The translations under genes were made by a program, and so were the position numbers. 64,000 nucleotides of DNA from Octopus vulgaris (lineage: Eukaryota): assembly GCA_951406725.2 (NCBI GenBank), contig OX597825.1, positions 16,306,001 to 16,370,000 on the forward strand, in the 5' to 3' direction. The notes under the pieces are model-generated. The model had not been told where the DNA came from. It saw only the letters and a list, made by a program, of their open reading frames with translations, and ran no database searches. The first letter of the stretch is position 1, and each line of letters starts with the position of its first letter. Of the stretch, positions 1 through 14,507 are shown in pieces.

Positions 1-105
1 ATCTATCTGTCTGTCTGTCTATCTACGCTCATACTTACAGACACGTATTTATACACACACACACACACACACACACAGAGACACAGACACACACACAGAG
101 ACACA

Positions 106-170
<65 letters not shown>

Positions 171-1293
171 TTATATTAATTAGAAAATAATGATGGACTT
201 TTGTGTTGCTATTAGATTCACACAAAAACATACACGGCAGATAGGTGTGATGAGACACTAATATTTGTATTAGGTTGGTTCAGGGTGATTGAAGCTGGTC
301 ATGCGATCGGATATGCTGTAGATTTAGAGATATTCGGAGAAATGTGCTGTAAAGCGCAATTACTTCACAAAAACAGTTGAAACTTACTAAAATCATCTTT
401 TATAGATTAACCCAGGGCGGCTGAAGCCTTTTCAGGTCGAACATCATTCAGTTAGGGCAATTAGAGACTATCTCTGAACTTCAGTTAAGTGTTATCGTAA
501 AATGCTTCAGGGTCTGATTTTTTTCAGTTAGACACAGACAACAGTCCTTGGTTGCCGAATTTCCCTTCTGATCAGATGACCAGTTTTCCTGTATGAGATA
601 TAACCTTACAAATGCCGTACAGGAATAAAACCTCTGGCATTATTCTTACTATAGATTGGTTTATTACATGCATATAGTTGTTTTTATATGGTGTGTGTGT
701 GTATGCGATACTCGGAGTATTAATGCAATGTAGACGTGTGTGTATTTGTAATCTTCATTTATGTTATTTATCATGTTTACTGAAATATAATTGTTGATAA
801 AATGATATATTAATACGATATCTGGTCAGTATACAGCTAATTCTATTTGGAATATTTCATATTTCTTGCCACCTATGCACAAAATTATATTCACACTTTT
901 TATATCTCCACCTATATTAAACTATCTCCCCACTGATTTCATTTGATTCAGTACGTTGATTTTGATCTATAAACCAGTTGCAGCACTTCAGATATTTATG
1001 TAGCAGTAGAAGCATATTTATATTACATATTTGTATCACATATTCTTAAATGCATCAATTTATCATAGTTATATCTAAATACATCTGTCTTATTAATTTA
1101 TATCATATCACTTTGTTAATTAAATCCTTCTCTTTAATATACATAGATTAAATATTACATAAAATTAAATTAAAAATGATACGTTACAGATGGCCATATA
1201 TTTAGCTTTGCATAAGCTTGTATGTATATATATGTACATATATGTATACATAGGCAAATATATAACTATATATATAGATATAGATATAGATAC

Positions 1294-1397
<104 letters not shown>

Positions 1398-1940
1398 TAT
1401 ATATAAATATTGATATAAGCATACACACATATATGTATGTATATATATACATATATACATATATACATATATATATCTGTATCTATATCTATATCTATAT
1501 ATATAGTTATATATTTGGCTATGTATACATATATGTACATATATACATATATACATATACAAGATATAAGTATATGTATACATAAATGCATGTATATGCT
1601 ATATAAAATACATACGTCAAAATCGCACAACTGTTTATCTGCAGGTTACCACTGATTTCATATAGGAAACAGATCCTGTTTAGGACGCGTGGTGATCTTA
1701 CATTCATTAGATCCGGTTGAATAACAAAAGAAAAATTTGTTGTTCTGACAGATCTGATGAATGTAAGAAAACCACACTACTCTGATCGGGGCCCGTTGCT
1801 TACATGAGACTAACGGTAGCGTGCATACGAATAACTGATTATACTCATCTTATATGGGAAAAACAAAATCACTCTTCATGAAGACGGAGGTCTTTCAATA
1901 TTTGTGAACTTACGCAGTGCCTTGACAACACATAATAACA

Positions 1941-2123
1941 CTTTTACTTGTTTCAGTCATTTGACTGCGGCCATGCTGGAGCACCACCTTTTAGTCGAGC
2001 AAATCGACCTCAGGACTTATTCTTTGGAAGCCTAGTACTTATTCTATCGATCTCTTTTACTGAACCGCTAAGTTACAAGGACGTAAACACACCAGCATCG
2101 GTTGTCAAGCGATGTTGGGAGAA

Positions 2124-2191
<68 letters not shown>

Positions 2192-2361
2192 TATATACGA
2201 CGGGCTTCTTTCAGTTTCCGTCTACCAAATCCACTCACAAGGCTTTGGTCGGCCCGAGGCTATAGTAGAAGACACTTGCCTAAGGTGCCACGCAGTGGGA
2301 CTGAACCCGGAACCATGTGGTTGGGAAGTAAGCTACTTACCACACAGCCACTCCTGCGCCT
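1941..2361 (-). mobile_element. SINE type A, full length (tRNA-like head, CORE-like CCTTGGGCAAGT segment, internal TA/TG microsatellite, AAAAGAGT-type tail)
   Basis: Minus strand has A box TGGCTGTGTGG and B box GGTTCAGTCCC. The sequence is near-identical to more than 10 other copies in the window. Confidence 0.9.
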
Positions 2362-2559
2362 TCAACATTATTTCAGACATTTAAGGTTAGTATATTTCCA
2401 GCATATTCAAAATAGTCTAGATTATCCATCTCACTCTCACCTAATTTTATTCCACGAGGCACCACACTATGTATGCACCTGGACAGTTTGATGCAGTACC
2501 TTTGTATTTGCAGTGCTGTTATCGAGGCTACAGTTGCTACAGGCCTTTGAAGATTGATC

Positions 2560-2870
2560 GATATATCTGTTTGTATCGCGGATTCACCATGTGTAAGCAA
2601 TCTACAATTATCTGCAAGCAACACTTCACAGACACTTAAATGTTTGATTTTCGTTTTTGCTTGCATTCAGTAAACAATAAACAATTTCCCATCGTATCTG
2701 TACTTCATGAAAATTCCAAATAGCGATTTCTGGAGGGCATCTTGAAACAAGGCAAGAAAACAGGATGCCGAAAAGAATAGACGCCAACCCTGTTTCACAA
2801 CATTTGTGACCAAAAGTGATACAGGTATGCCTCCGTTGCTCCTAACAACCACCACTACGCCCTGATCAAA
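2560..2870 (-). mobile_element. Degenerate RTE-clade LINE reverse transcriptase fragment
   Basis: Minus ORFs give VTNVVKQGW (cf. GVKQGC), KYRYDGKLF and QAKTKIKHLSVCEVLLADNC (cf. ELLFADDC); the frame is broken. Confidence 0.8.
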
Positions 2871-3379
2871 TTAGCGCACCATGCACGTGAGCATGGCTGC
2901 ACACCTATATTCGGTATGTATGTGTTTGTATAAATATATAATATATAGGGTATATATACAAGATATATATATATGCATACTGTATACATTTGAACATTGC
3001 TCCAGTCCACTCACCTGGCAAAAATTAGAAAACCTGAGATGGTCCGGCGTCTCATCCGGCGGGGGAGATTTATACATCTATATGTCTTTATGGCACGGGA
3101 AGGATCTTTATCCATTTTTTACACACACACACATATATATACACACACAAATACACAATACATGCACACCTGCATAATATATACTCTGTATATATATACA
3201 TTTACACTCTGTGTGCGTGTGACGTAGATACTTAAATACTTACATATATATATATATATACGTGTAGAGTTTGTATATATGTGTATGTGTGTGTGTGTAG
3301 ATGAGTGTGTATATATATCAATCAGTATGACTGCCTGTCACTATATTTGTAAAACATACTCAAATACGCACGTAGTTTC

Positions 3380-3489
3380 GTATGTATGTATGCTTATATG
3401 TAAGTGCGTATGTATATATGTATATAAGTAAGCAAGTATATATACATACATACATACATACACACACGTACACACACGTACACACACGG

Positions 3490-3583
<94 letters not shown>

Positions 3584-3616
3584 TTGCTTACTTATATACA
3601 TATATGCATACGTATG

Positions 3617-3648
<32 letters not shown>

Positions 3649-3931
3649 CTCGAGTTTTTTTCGTTTGCATATATTTCTACCTACGAAATGTCTCGAGGGA
3701 CAAAGGAAAAAAAAGTCAATATCTTATTTAGAGCAAATTTATTGTGTATACAAGTTCAGGCCAATTTATCCGTTGTCAGTCGAGGTTTCATGCACGGGGG
3801 CAATTTTCTGACGAGAATGGTTGCTAGTGAGACCTCTCGTTCAATCGAATATTGCTCAGGTAGTATACGCTTGTTCGTACACAAAGACACACACACACAC
3901 ACATATATATATATACATACATACACAAACA

Positions 3932-3962
<31 letters not shown>

Positions 3963-4410
3963 CTTACACATACACTCACACACAAAGAGGCACACACGCA
4001 TACACATTCGCACATACACGCACACATACATGCACACACCAACGCACTCACTCACACAGAGGCACACACGCACAAGGACAGATACCACATTAACACATAC
4101 ACACACAAGGATACACATACATACATGCATGCACACATACACAAGCGCAAAACACAGATGCTTACGCGCACATGCACACATACAAACACACACACACGTA
4201 TTCACACGCAAAGGTGCACGCACACATACACAGGTACACACATACAAACATATACACAGAAACACGTACATATACACAAACGCACATACAAACACACACA
4301 AACCCATACATATGCACACACATGTACACATATACACAAGCACACACACATATACACATACAAACATACTCACACTCTGTAACATGCACACATACATACA
4401 CATATACATA
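3380..4410. repeat. Compound microsatellite (TATG/TA/CA)
   Basis: Degenerate TATG, TA and CA runs read directly. Confidence 0.95.
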
Positions 4411-4830
4411 AATTCTTTTCGAAATAGATATCTTGTCGATCGATGCGTCCTAGATGTCACAATTTATCTTATCTGTATTTTATCGATCCTGAAGGAATTA
4501 ATACTAAAATGGAACCTAATCGTACTGTATGATACTACATATTCCAAAGAATTCCTCCAATATTCTACTGCGGTGAACACAGCCATTTCTCTACATCCAG
4601 AATATGTTTGGAATTAATTTCAGGTAAGCGTGAATGAACCAGTGAGACGGCGCTGGTACGGCCATGTGTTTACGAAGCACGCTTAGCAGCCTGATGGCTT
4701 TGGATTCAATCTCACTGCAATGAATCTTGGGCAAAGGTCTTCTGCTTATAGTCTTTGTCTGACCAATGATTTCTGTGTGAATTTTGTAGACGGAAATTTT
4801 ATGAAACCCAGTTATAAAATAGAAACATCT

Positions 4831-5243
4831 AGGCGCAGGAGTGGCTGTGTGGTAAGTAGCTTGCTTACCAACCACATGGTTCTGGGTTCAGTCCCACTGC
4901 ATGGCAACTTGGGCAACTGTCTTCTACTAAAGCCTCGGGCCGACCGAAGCCTTGTGAGTGGATTTGGTAGACGGAAACTGAAAGAAGCCCGTCGTATATA
5001 TGTACATATATGTATGTGTGTGTATATGTTTGTGTGTCTGTATTTGTCCCCCCAACATCGCTTGACAACCGATGATGGTGTGTTTACGTCCCCGTAACTT
5101 AGCGGTTCGGCAAAAGAGACCGATAGAATAAGTACTAGGCTTACAGAGAATAAGTCCTGGAGTCGATTTGCTCGACTAAACGCGGTGCTCCAGCATGGCC
5201 GCAGTCAAATGACTGAAACAAGTAAATGAGTAAAAGAGTAAAG
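4831..5243 (+). mobile_element. SINE type A, full length, preceded by an older degenerate type A head (~4655-4810)
   Basis: Runs from AGGCGCAGGAGTGGCTGTGTGG to AATGACTGAAACAAGTAAA. Confidence 0.9.
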
Positions 5244-5734
5244 TTCTACCTGCCTGAATAAATTCTAAACAATAATATAAACCCAAAATTTAATCAATAA
5301 AAAGAAATTCCAAAACACCTTTCCATAACAACCGACCAAAACCCTAATTACCACCCACCTCATCCCCACACAACAAAAGAGGATAATCTAGGACCTAGGT
5401 TTCGAACTTTCCAAATTACGTTTGTTAACGTAAATGTGATTTGTTCTCTTCGGCTAGATTCATCTAGACAAAATTTCAAATGTTGCTACATCAATGCCAA
5501 TATTACTCGTCTGAACGCCTGGCCATTAACAGACCGAGAACAGTGAAACAGTTTTCAAAGAAATCATTATTAAATAGTGCAATACAATAGTATTGCTTCC
5601 CAGTAAAACAAAACACTATCAGGTTAAAGTATAAATAGTAGATAGTTGTACAACAATGCACCAATATTTACTAGAAATAGCAGGCGATAATATACGACGC
5701 TATAGTAAAGCTTCACTGTGTGAGTGTGTGTATA

Positions 5735-5821
<87 letters not shown>

Positions 5822-5827
5822 ATGTCC

Positions 5828-5897
<70 letters not shown>

Positions 5898-5914
5898 GTA
5901 TTTTTGTATTTATA

Positions 5915-6198
5915 TTCGTGTAACATCGTCTGTTTTTCCATTCTTGGTTTCGTATACATTCGATGTTTTTTTCCAAGGAATCTAATGCTCTTAACTTAGT
6001 TTTTTCCTTAGGGCTGGCCAGATTGGAGCAATCTCAAGATTAATCAGCCGAAATTGCGAGGAAGATCCGGTTCTTGACCGAGGATAAGAAGCTTCGAATG
6101 ACCCGTCCTTGTGCTTTTGTATCGTCTACTTGGATGTTTTGTTGTTCCTTTTTGTATCATCTAGTTGTCCGGATGTTTTGCGTTCTTGTCCCATTTTG

Positions 6199-6205
<7 letters not shown>
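5915..6205 (+). mobile_element. Short interspersed insert between (TTA)n and (TA)n, possibly a Penelope-like terminal-repeat fragment
   Basis: Complex ~290-bp island ending in a T-rich tail that runs into (TA)n, the same layout as the hammerhead-bearing inserts. No intact ribozyme core was found. Confidence 0.35.
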
Positions 6206-6234
<29 letters not shown>

Positions 6235-7061
6235 GTATATATGTGTGTGTGTGTGTGTGTTTGTGTGTGTGTTTGTGTGTGTGCATGTGTGTGTGTATCT
6301 TTGCCTTTGTTCCCTGCCCTACTTGATAATCGGTGTTTTTCTTATTCCTCATTTTCAAATTAAAATCTTTTTCTTCCGTTAAATATTATGAATAAATGAT
6401 TATCTCCCTTGTATTAATTGTCTGTGGATTCAAAAAATTCGTGGGGACATCACATGATTTAAATTTTTTGCTTGCGCAAAATAAAAAAAATAAAAAATAG
6501 GAAAAAATCCCAAATCTGCGATGTGTTAACATTACAGAAACTCATGCCTTATTCTTCTACACAGATATAATTATACTCAAACCTGAAGTCGATATATTTC
6601 GAATGTCTTTGAGACAGATCGATGTTAAAAAAACAAAAAACAAAAAAACAAAAAAAAAAAACAACTATCATTTCCCCCTGAAATCAATTCGACGAATTAC
6701 CCCCCGCCACCAAATATAAATTCCGCTGATTACAAATAGTAAATTAAAAATTAATTGATTACGATTAGTCAGTTAGAAATTAATTGACGATAAATAGCTA
6801 ATTACATGTAATCAAAGAGAATAGAAACGTTTGAAGTTTGTCTATTTATTTTACCTGTACGTGTGCAAGCGTGTTTTTAAGAATTAAATAAATAGTTAAT
6901 AAGTTTTGTCTATTGATTGCCTTCAGCATCTGACAATCAGTAAGCTGGGAATTTTTCTCCTCTATCTCTCCATATAAACAGAAATCGTGCGAAATGTATC
7001 GCCGATTAAAAGAGATAAGCAACAAGGGTTTAACACTCTACATGTGATGAGGTTAGCCTAC

Positions 7062-7292
7062 GGCGGCGAGCTGGCAGAGACGTTAGCACGCCGGGCGAAA
7101 TGCTTAGCAGTATTTCGTCTGCCGCTACGTTCTGAGTTCGAATTCCGCCGAGGTCGACTTTGCCTTTCATCCTTTCGGAGTCGATAAATTAAGTACCAGT
7201 GAAACACTGGGGTCGATATTATCGACTTAATCCCTTTGTCTGTCCTTGTTTGTCCTCTCTGTGTGCAGCCCCTTGTGGGTAGTAAAGAAATA
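7062..7292 (+). mobile_element. SINE type B, head plus one body
   Basis: GGCGGCGAGCTGGCAGA head, B box GAGTTCGAATTCC, central GTCGACTTTGCCTTTCATCCTTTCGG and tail GTAGTAAAGAAAT. Confidence 0.9.
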
Positions 7293-7354
7293 TATAAGTA
7301 GTGTGGCTCGACCTAGAAACTCGAAGCTAAATTTCCTCATTAATTTCTTAGTGG

Positions 7355-7510
7355 TTCTCCGTCGGGTGCGACAAAGGGGTTTCAATTAATCTGATCAACA
7401 GAAGAGTCTGCTTGTAAAATTTACATGCAAGTGGTTGAGTACCCCACATACACGCGTGTTCTTCCCGTAGTTCTCATGGAGATTCAGTATGACACGTAAT
7501 GTGACATGAC
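7355..7510 (-). mobile_element. Degenerate 3' part of SINE type C
   Basis: Similar to the 3' region of the full copy at 56293-56672. Confidence 0.65.
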
Positions 7511-7764
7511 TGATGTAAAGAGATTTTGCAGAGAAGTTCTTTTCTTGGGCAGAGAAGAGAGTAGTGCATATTCTCTGAAGAGTATCTAACCAACACGAAA
7601 CATGTTAGGGCAATCTCCTTATTTTCCTGTATGCGAAGAGAATAAACTATTCACCTTTGTATGCTTTCCACAGCGCAGGAGCTAATTTACAAATTATAAT
7701 TTAATTACATAAATGTGACTTACACACATACAGCTGGTTTTACGCATGTGCGCGCACACACACA

Positions 7765-7829
<65 letters not shown>

Positions 7830-8071
7830 GCATGTATCTATATATGTTTTTATGTATATATGCATATATATCTATGTACACGCACACACACATATGTATG
7901 TATGTATATATATGTATATATAAACATATATACATATACATATAATATACTATAATATAAGATGATATAATATATAATATAATATATATATATATATATA
8001 CGTATGTATACACATGTCTATATATACTTACATAATACATACATATATATATACATATATATACATAATTG

Positions 8072-8124
<53 letters not shown>

Positions 8125-8963
8125 GTATATATATATACATATATATATATATATACATAATTGAATACACATATATATATATATGTTCAACTGTTCCTTG
8201 TACGAAAATTATTTTCTATAAAAATGACAGAAAATATAGCATGAAAATAAACGAAATATTTGTAAAGAAGAAAACAATTACGTTATGCCAGAATCAATAA
8301 CAATGCAGTTCAGTATAAGTTCCACTTCCCGGAGCAGTATGGCCAATAACGTCAAAGAAAAAAAAAAGATGTCACGTGTGTTTTACTGATTTTTCTTCCA
8401 CTGATTTGGTTATGAAATCATACGAATATTTGTCTTGTTTTTACTGAAGATAGACATAAATATGATTGGATTATTGAGTTAAAAATGACTGATCTTTCCT
8501 GGTTTCAAAATCTCTGTTTAATTCTATTGAATTATTGCAAATATTAGTAAAGAATTCTTATGGTAAAGAAGTTTAAAAAAATTACTTGAGACGCAGCCTT
8601 TTTTTTAGATGTATGATGACATAACACACAATATTCAAATTATTTGAAAAATAATTTCTTGACTGTGGTTATTGCAGAAGATAGAGGGACGGATTAAATG
8701 CTTTATAATTCCGCATTAAAAGAATTAATATTTACTTTGAGGTAAAATAATCTTATAGTCAAGACTTCGGGAGAGGAATGTGACCGACGATTGTAGATTA
8801 CACCAAAATAACTTCTAGCAAGAAATTTTTTAAAAATTCGTACATGAAACCGCCCTTAGAAAGCTATAAGATGAAAAACGCTACTGTTTTCGTAAAAGCA
8901 TTGTAATTTAGATCAACAATGAACACACACACACACGCATAGGTGCAAAGCAGTGTTTAGGTA

Positions 8964-9299
8964 TGAGTAGAATTTAGATTAGTTGAAATATGTCACATAT
9001 TTCGACTGCTAAAGGCAAAATACACTGCAGTTACTACGGAGGAAAACATTCTCTCTTATGGTGAAAAGGTGTGAAAACACCCAATTCGTTCAGTGTCGCT
9101 ATCTCTCGGGAATCTCAAACATCGATGATTCGAGTTTTTTTTTTTTGACTCTTATCAATAAGCTGTACCTAAGAGAGGCAACTCTGAACGAAATTAATAA
9201 AGCTATAGCTTTATATATAATTCAGTCAACACGAACTGCAGTGTATTTGCCTTTAGCAGTTGAAATATGTGACAATCATTTTAACTAACCTAAAATCTG

Positions 9300-9303
<4 letters not shown>
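8964..9303. mobile_element. MITE-like element with ~69-bp terminal inverted repeats
   Basis: 8964-9032 is the reverse complement of 9234-9303 with a few mismatches. A related end recurs at ~10315-10360. Confidence 0.7.
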
Positions 9304-9339
<36 letters not shown>

Positions 9340-9532
9340 ATATTTAGATTAGTAAATATATGTTTATGGCATTTTAACTAACTTAAGATTGGTTTATTCC
9401 TCATCAATGCTTAGCGCTAATGGTGATATATATATATATATATAATACGATGCTATTTATATATATTATATGATATATATAATATATATATATGTATATA
9501 TATATCATACGATGCTATTTATATATATTGTA

Positions 9533-9578
<46 letters not shown>

Positions 9579-9945
9579 GGCTCTATGAGTCCAAAGACTC
9601 GAGGCAGAAATGTCCAAGGGTTGATGATGATGATGTTGATGTTGATGACGACTATATTAATGTCAATTGGCATATTCTTTACATTTCCTTAATGTCAATT
9701 CGGTATATTTTATACATTTCCTTTCATTGGACATAAAATAATGAATGCATTGTGTAGTTTTCAATATTAATCATGCAGAACCTTCCATAAAAAAACAACA
9801 ACTTTTGGCTAGCAGCAGTTATTAATGCTAACTATAAGACTTCCAGAAAGTTTTTTTTATAATATCAAAAACTCTATTTCTCTCCATGTTCCCGAGTCGA
9901 AATAACAGGGTGCCAGGTTAATGATTAGCGAGACCAAATGATAGA

Positions 9946-10148
9946 CAGTAATCTCTCGACTATCGTGGGTGTTACGTTCCAAAACCCCGTGCGATAGGTA
10001 AAAATCTGCGAAGTAGAAATAGCTCAGTATGTTTTTATTATTATCTTTATAATTTGTATATATTTATTTTATTGTAAATGCACAACAATACCATGGCGGT
10101 ATCGACGTAAGCTTAAATAATAAATCACAATATAGCGAAGGATTACTG
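9946..10148 (+). mobile_element. Tigger/pogo-like MITE, short copy
   Basis: Ends CAGTAATCTCTCG...CGAAGGATTACTG; same family as 19279-19530 and 34797-35387. Confidence 0.8.
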
Positions 10149-10356
10149 TCTATGAATCGATATTGTTTTGAATATTATAAACTTACTCCTGTAACCTACG
10201 GGAACTCAAGAACTCTCGTGCGAGAGCTCTTGAGTTCAGAAGAGGATATAATTGAAAGCTTAATCCTTTATTGAAGTCCGACGTTAATAACCCGAAACTC
10301 TGAGATCTGTTTATAGCTGTTGAAATATGTGATAATAATTTTAACTAACCTAAAAT

Positions 10357-10481
<125 letters not shown>

Positions 10482-11836
10482 GAAATGTTAGCGATGTTTT
10501 CATGGATACAGGGATTTCTTAGCAACAGGTTTGAACACTCAACATTTTCTTTGTTTATTAACACACCATTATATTAACTCGACCAAGTATCACTCCCTAT
10601 ACCGAATTGCTATAACGTAACTAGGCCCTAAGGTTAAAACGCCATGGGTTGCTTCCTCCAGCAATAAATTCAGCCCCACCGTAATTGCTTATAGCTAGAT
10701 CCTTAGTATTCTTATCCATGGATACATTGCAAGTGACAGAAATTCAGTTGCCGATAATTTGATTGGATATTCGACACACAATCAATTTATCCATTGGTAG
10801 ATTTCGTCGGAGTAGAAAGCTCAAAATAAATATCTAGAAGTGAAGAAATTTAGATATCTCGAAGATAAGTTAAATAAAGAAATAGTTCAAATAAAAGATG
10901 GATTTATGCATTCGAAAGCTTCATATTTTGATTTTCAATATCTCGTTTCTAATTCGCACACATAGATAAGTTACTTTTCAAATAAAGGTAAAAGGAAAAC
11001 AAAAAGAAAAAGAAGAGGAATTTCTCTGAGAAGTCTTACTTTTACTGCTATTGTATATATGACAATTCTTCTAGATCTTTCCTAGTGACTAACACAGTTG
11101 TGTCATTGCTATCAGGCTTCAACACAATTGAATACGACTTAGATCGATCGTTAATATAATGTTTAAGGAAATTGAGTCTTCCTCCTCGTGTTATGAAGGG
11201 TATCGCAAATAAACCAACATATACTTCATAAACGAAATATAGAAAATCTAGAAAAAACATTAACCCAGCTGAAAGGAGAGAAGAGTAAATCTCAGTGTTT
11301 CAAACATTACAATAAACTGGAGATTTCTCAGCTCAATAATGATGGAATTTGTTCGTGAAATTGTCAATTAACTGTTGTCTTATACACACTTTTAAGAATC
11401 AATCAGAAAGTTCTTCGGGGCTTGTAAATACAGTTAAGCATTATCACTAGATTTTGGCAATAAAAGCGGCATAATTTTATTTACCTTATTATTTAGTTGT
11501 TGGAGAGCAATAAATGCTTGCTGCAGATATGTTAAAAGAATGGTGAAGTGTTTAAGGAAGCGAGAGGTGAAACATAGCTGCGAGAAATGGCATCGTTTAA
11601 GAAATCTTAATGTCGTGTCTCCGCTACAAGAAACAATTTTTGACGTCAGAATTTAAGCAAAGTATCCTTGTGTGTTTCTCACTTTAAGTAATCATATCAC
11701 CAGTTAAACTAGTGCAGTGTTTCAGATATTTTTTTATAGCAAAGATAGTAGAGCTCTGCTTAGAGAAGCAGCTCGGTCATCGTATGAAGCAAGCTAGATG
11801 AGTTGGGATACGTAGATAAATAGGTATACATACAGC

Positions 11837-12240
11837 AAGGCGGCGAGCTGGCAGAAACGTTAACACGCCGGGCCAAATGCTTTGCGGTATTTCGCCCTTC
11901 GCTACGTTCTGAGTTCAAATTCCGCCGAATCGACTTTGCCTTAAATAAGTACCAGTTACGCACTGGGGTCGATATAATTGACTTAATCCCTTTGTCTGTC
12001 CTTGTTTGTTCTCTCTGTGTTTAGCCCCTTGTGGGTAGTAAAGAAATAGGTATTTCGCCCGTCGCTACGTTCTGAGTTCAAATTCCGCCGAGGTCGACTT
12101 CGCCTTTCATCCTTTCGGCGTCGATTAAATAAGTAATTAAGTACCAGTTACGCACTGGGGTCGATATAATCGACTTAATCCGTTTGTCTGTCCTTGTTTG
12201 TCCTCTCTGTGTTTAGCTCCTTGTGGGTAGTAAAGAAATA
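11837..12240 (+). mobile_element. SINE type B, head plus two tandem bodies, 17-bp TSD
   Basis: TSD AAATAGGTATACATACA at 11818-11834 and 12236-12252. Confidence 0.9.
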
Positions 12241-12437
12241 GGTATACATACACCACTGCACATACAGCAATCATAGCACCACTTGTAAGCCATACACATA
12301 TACCACTACATGTGCATCACTGCATATACGCTAGTAAGTATATAAGTACACCACTTACACCTCTTACACCACTCCATGTTTATCACTCCATACACAACAA
12401 CATATACACACTACCACATATTAATACACAAGACTAG

Positions 12438-12832
12438 TCTCTCTCTATATATAAAGCTGAAATTGTCTGTGTATGGCAGATTTGGTAGCCTTCAACTAAC
12501 ACTATCTTCTCCGAGACCCTGCGGCGCAAGTTGATGAAAATTGAGAGTATGATAGAAGAAGGCTTGCTCTTCCTTCCGTAGAAGAAAAAATTCAAATCGG
12601 ACCATGTTAAAACCAAAAATTATTTACATCAAACAGGTGCTTTTTTTTCTATAAAAATCCTTATTTTTTACGATTTTTTGACTGCTGTGTCGCCATTTTT
12701 CGGTGTATTTCAACCAGAAAAATGTTCACTTAAAGAGAATAACAAGATACATAATGCACAATTTTTACTTTTCAAAAATTTCAATTCTAAAGGGTCGAAA
12801 CAAACCCGAGCAATGCCGGGCGATACTGCTAG
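12438..12832 (+). mobile_element. Non-autonomous Helitron-like element
   Basis: 5' end TCTCTATATATAAAG; 3' GC hairpin CCCGAGCAATGCCGGG lies ~10 bp before the terminal CTAG|T. Confidence 0.7.
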
Positions 12833-12894
12833 TACACTATACACTCATCGCTATCACACATACATCAATGCATACCCAACTATGCACCCACTAA

Positions 12895-13172
12895 AAGTAA
12901 AAGGTAAAGACCTGCTTCGGTCATGAATGACCATGGGATTGCACCTAGAAGGTTACCCTCCGAGGCACAAGTCCGGGCAAGGTTGTTTCATAGAAGACTA
13001 GAAATCGCCCATGCATACCAGCCTCCCACCCTCTTCACGCCACCGATGTTATCCAAGGGAAAGACAATGGCCGATACAGCTTGGCACCAGTGATGTCGGA
13101 ACTAATTTCTACAACTGAGTGAACTGGAATAACGTGAAATAAAGTGTCTTGCTCAAGAACACAACACACAGT
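12895..13172 (-). mobile_element. SINE type E, 5' truncated, with CORE-like GTGTTCTTGAGCAAGACACTT
   Basis: Minus strand has a CORE-like segment followed by a distinct 3' tail ending GGTCTTTACCTTTTAC. Confidence 0.65.
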
Positions 13173-13186
13173 CCATCAAATAAAGG

Positions 13187-13430
13187 TCAATATTCTTCTA
13201 GCCATCGCTCATCGTCTCTTTTTAACCAAATCCAGTGGCTAGCCTTCTCCACTGTAGATTGGATATCGGTCATGGTGGTATTGACTTTACGATGAGTTAG
13301 GCCTAGCGATAACAACAGTCGTCTCACACTATGTCCAACGAACCCTCTACATCCGACTTCGATTGGAAAATGTTCTGCTTTCCAGCCTGCGTCTTCACAT
13401 TCCTCGAGGAATTCCTAAATATTTGCGCCT
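13187..13430 (-). mobile_element. HERO/NeSL-type LINE, C-terminal restriction-like endonuclease fragment
   Basis: Manual minus-strand translation: RKY/EFLEECEDAGWKAEHFPIEVGCRGFVGHSVRRLLLSLGLTHRKVNTTMTDIQSTVEKASHWIWLKRDDERWLEEY*. It is absent from the ORF track because it has no start codon. Confidence 0.85.
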
Positions 13431-14099
13431 CTAAATTTTCATTTAGGTAAACAGAGTTACTTATCTAAATCTCTTTGTAAAGTTAAGCTTCGTATATAGT
13501 CAATTGTCACCGCCAAACAAGTCATCGTTCTGGACTTTGTAACAACCACAATTCTTCCGAAAATGGGTAAAATTTGTTTTTGAAGACGTATATTACTACA
13601 TCAACAAGCGAATTAAAGCCTTGCACTCCCTCTTGCCTGACGGAATTTTGCTTTAGCTTAGCAACACAACATCAAGATTTTTAAGCGTTAAAAATTTTGC
13701 TTTTTAAATTTGGATCTTTGAACTTCAGCTGGGTTTACACAAGATTATCACCCGTGTCAAATAATGCACATTTTAATACTCGGACGTTTTTCATATCATT
13801 CAAGTCTTTCCTTCCAGTTACAACATAATTAACCACGAGTCAAATTTTTTTTTGGAATTGGATGCATTGAAGTTCCTTTGTAAATTTCTTTATATTTAAA
13901 GAATCTGTTACAAGCAAACAAATTCAATTCCATACACATTTCCAGCAAAAGTAAACCATTTCGCCCTTTTATGTCCTAAACAGTTCCATATCAAAATTTT
14001 CTCCAGCTCCTGTGATAACTTCCCGAGAATTATTACCGTATATGGTGGCATAAAAGACGCATATCTTTTATCCTTTTGTTCCCTTTTATTCTTTTAGAG

Positions 14100-14507
14100 A
14101 TACTCTTACTCTTTTACTTGTTTCAGTCATCTGACTGCAGCCATGCTGGAGCACCGCCTTTAATCGAGCAACTCGACCCCGGGACTTATTCTTTTGTAAG
14201 CCCAGTACTTATTCTATCGGTCTCTTTTGCCGAACCGCTAAGTAACGGAGACATAAACACACCAACATCGATTGTCAAGCAATGTTAGGGGGACAAACAC
14301 AGACACACAAACACACACACGCATATATATATATACATATATACGACGGACTTCTTTCAGTTTCCGTCTACCAAATCCACTCACAAGGCTTTGGTCGGCC
14401 GGAGGCTATAGTAGAAGACACTTGCCCAAGGTGCCACGCAGTGGGACTGAACCCGGGACCATGTGGTTGGTAAACAAGCTACTTACCACACAGCCACTCC
14501 TGCGCCT
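14100..14507 (-). mobile_element. SINE type A, full length
   Basis: Near-identical to the other type A copies. Confidence 0.9.

Noticed and set aside
6005-6110. Possible hammerheads (GGCTG..CAGCCGAAA; CCGAGGA..CGAAT)
   Set aside because: The core and cleavage triplet cannot be assembled.
11340-11690. Possible piggyBac C-terminal remnant (CRV..KVSLCV)
   Set aside because: Too degenerate; no TIR or TTAA boundary was found.
13740-14000. ALFDTG protease-like and WNCLGH zinc-knuckle-like peptides on the minus strand
   Set aside because: They are short, not in a continuous frame, and insufficient to call an LTR element.
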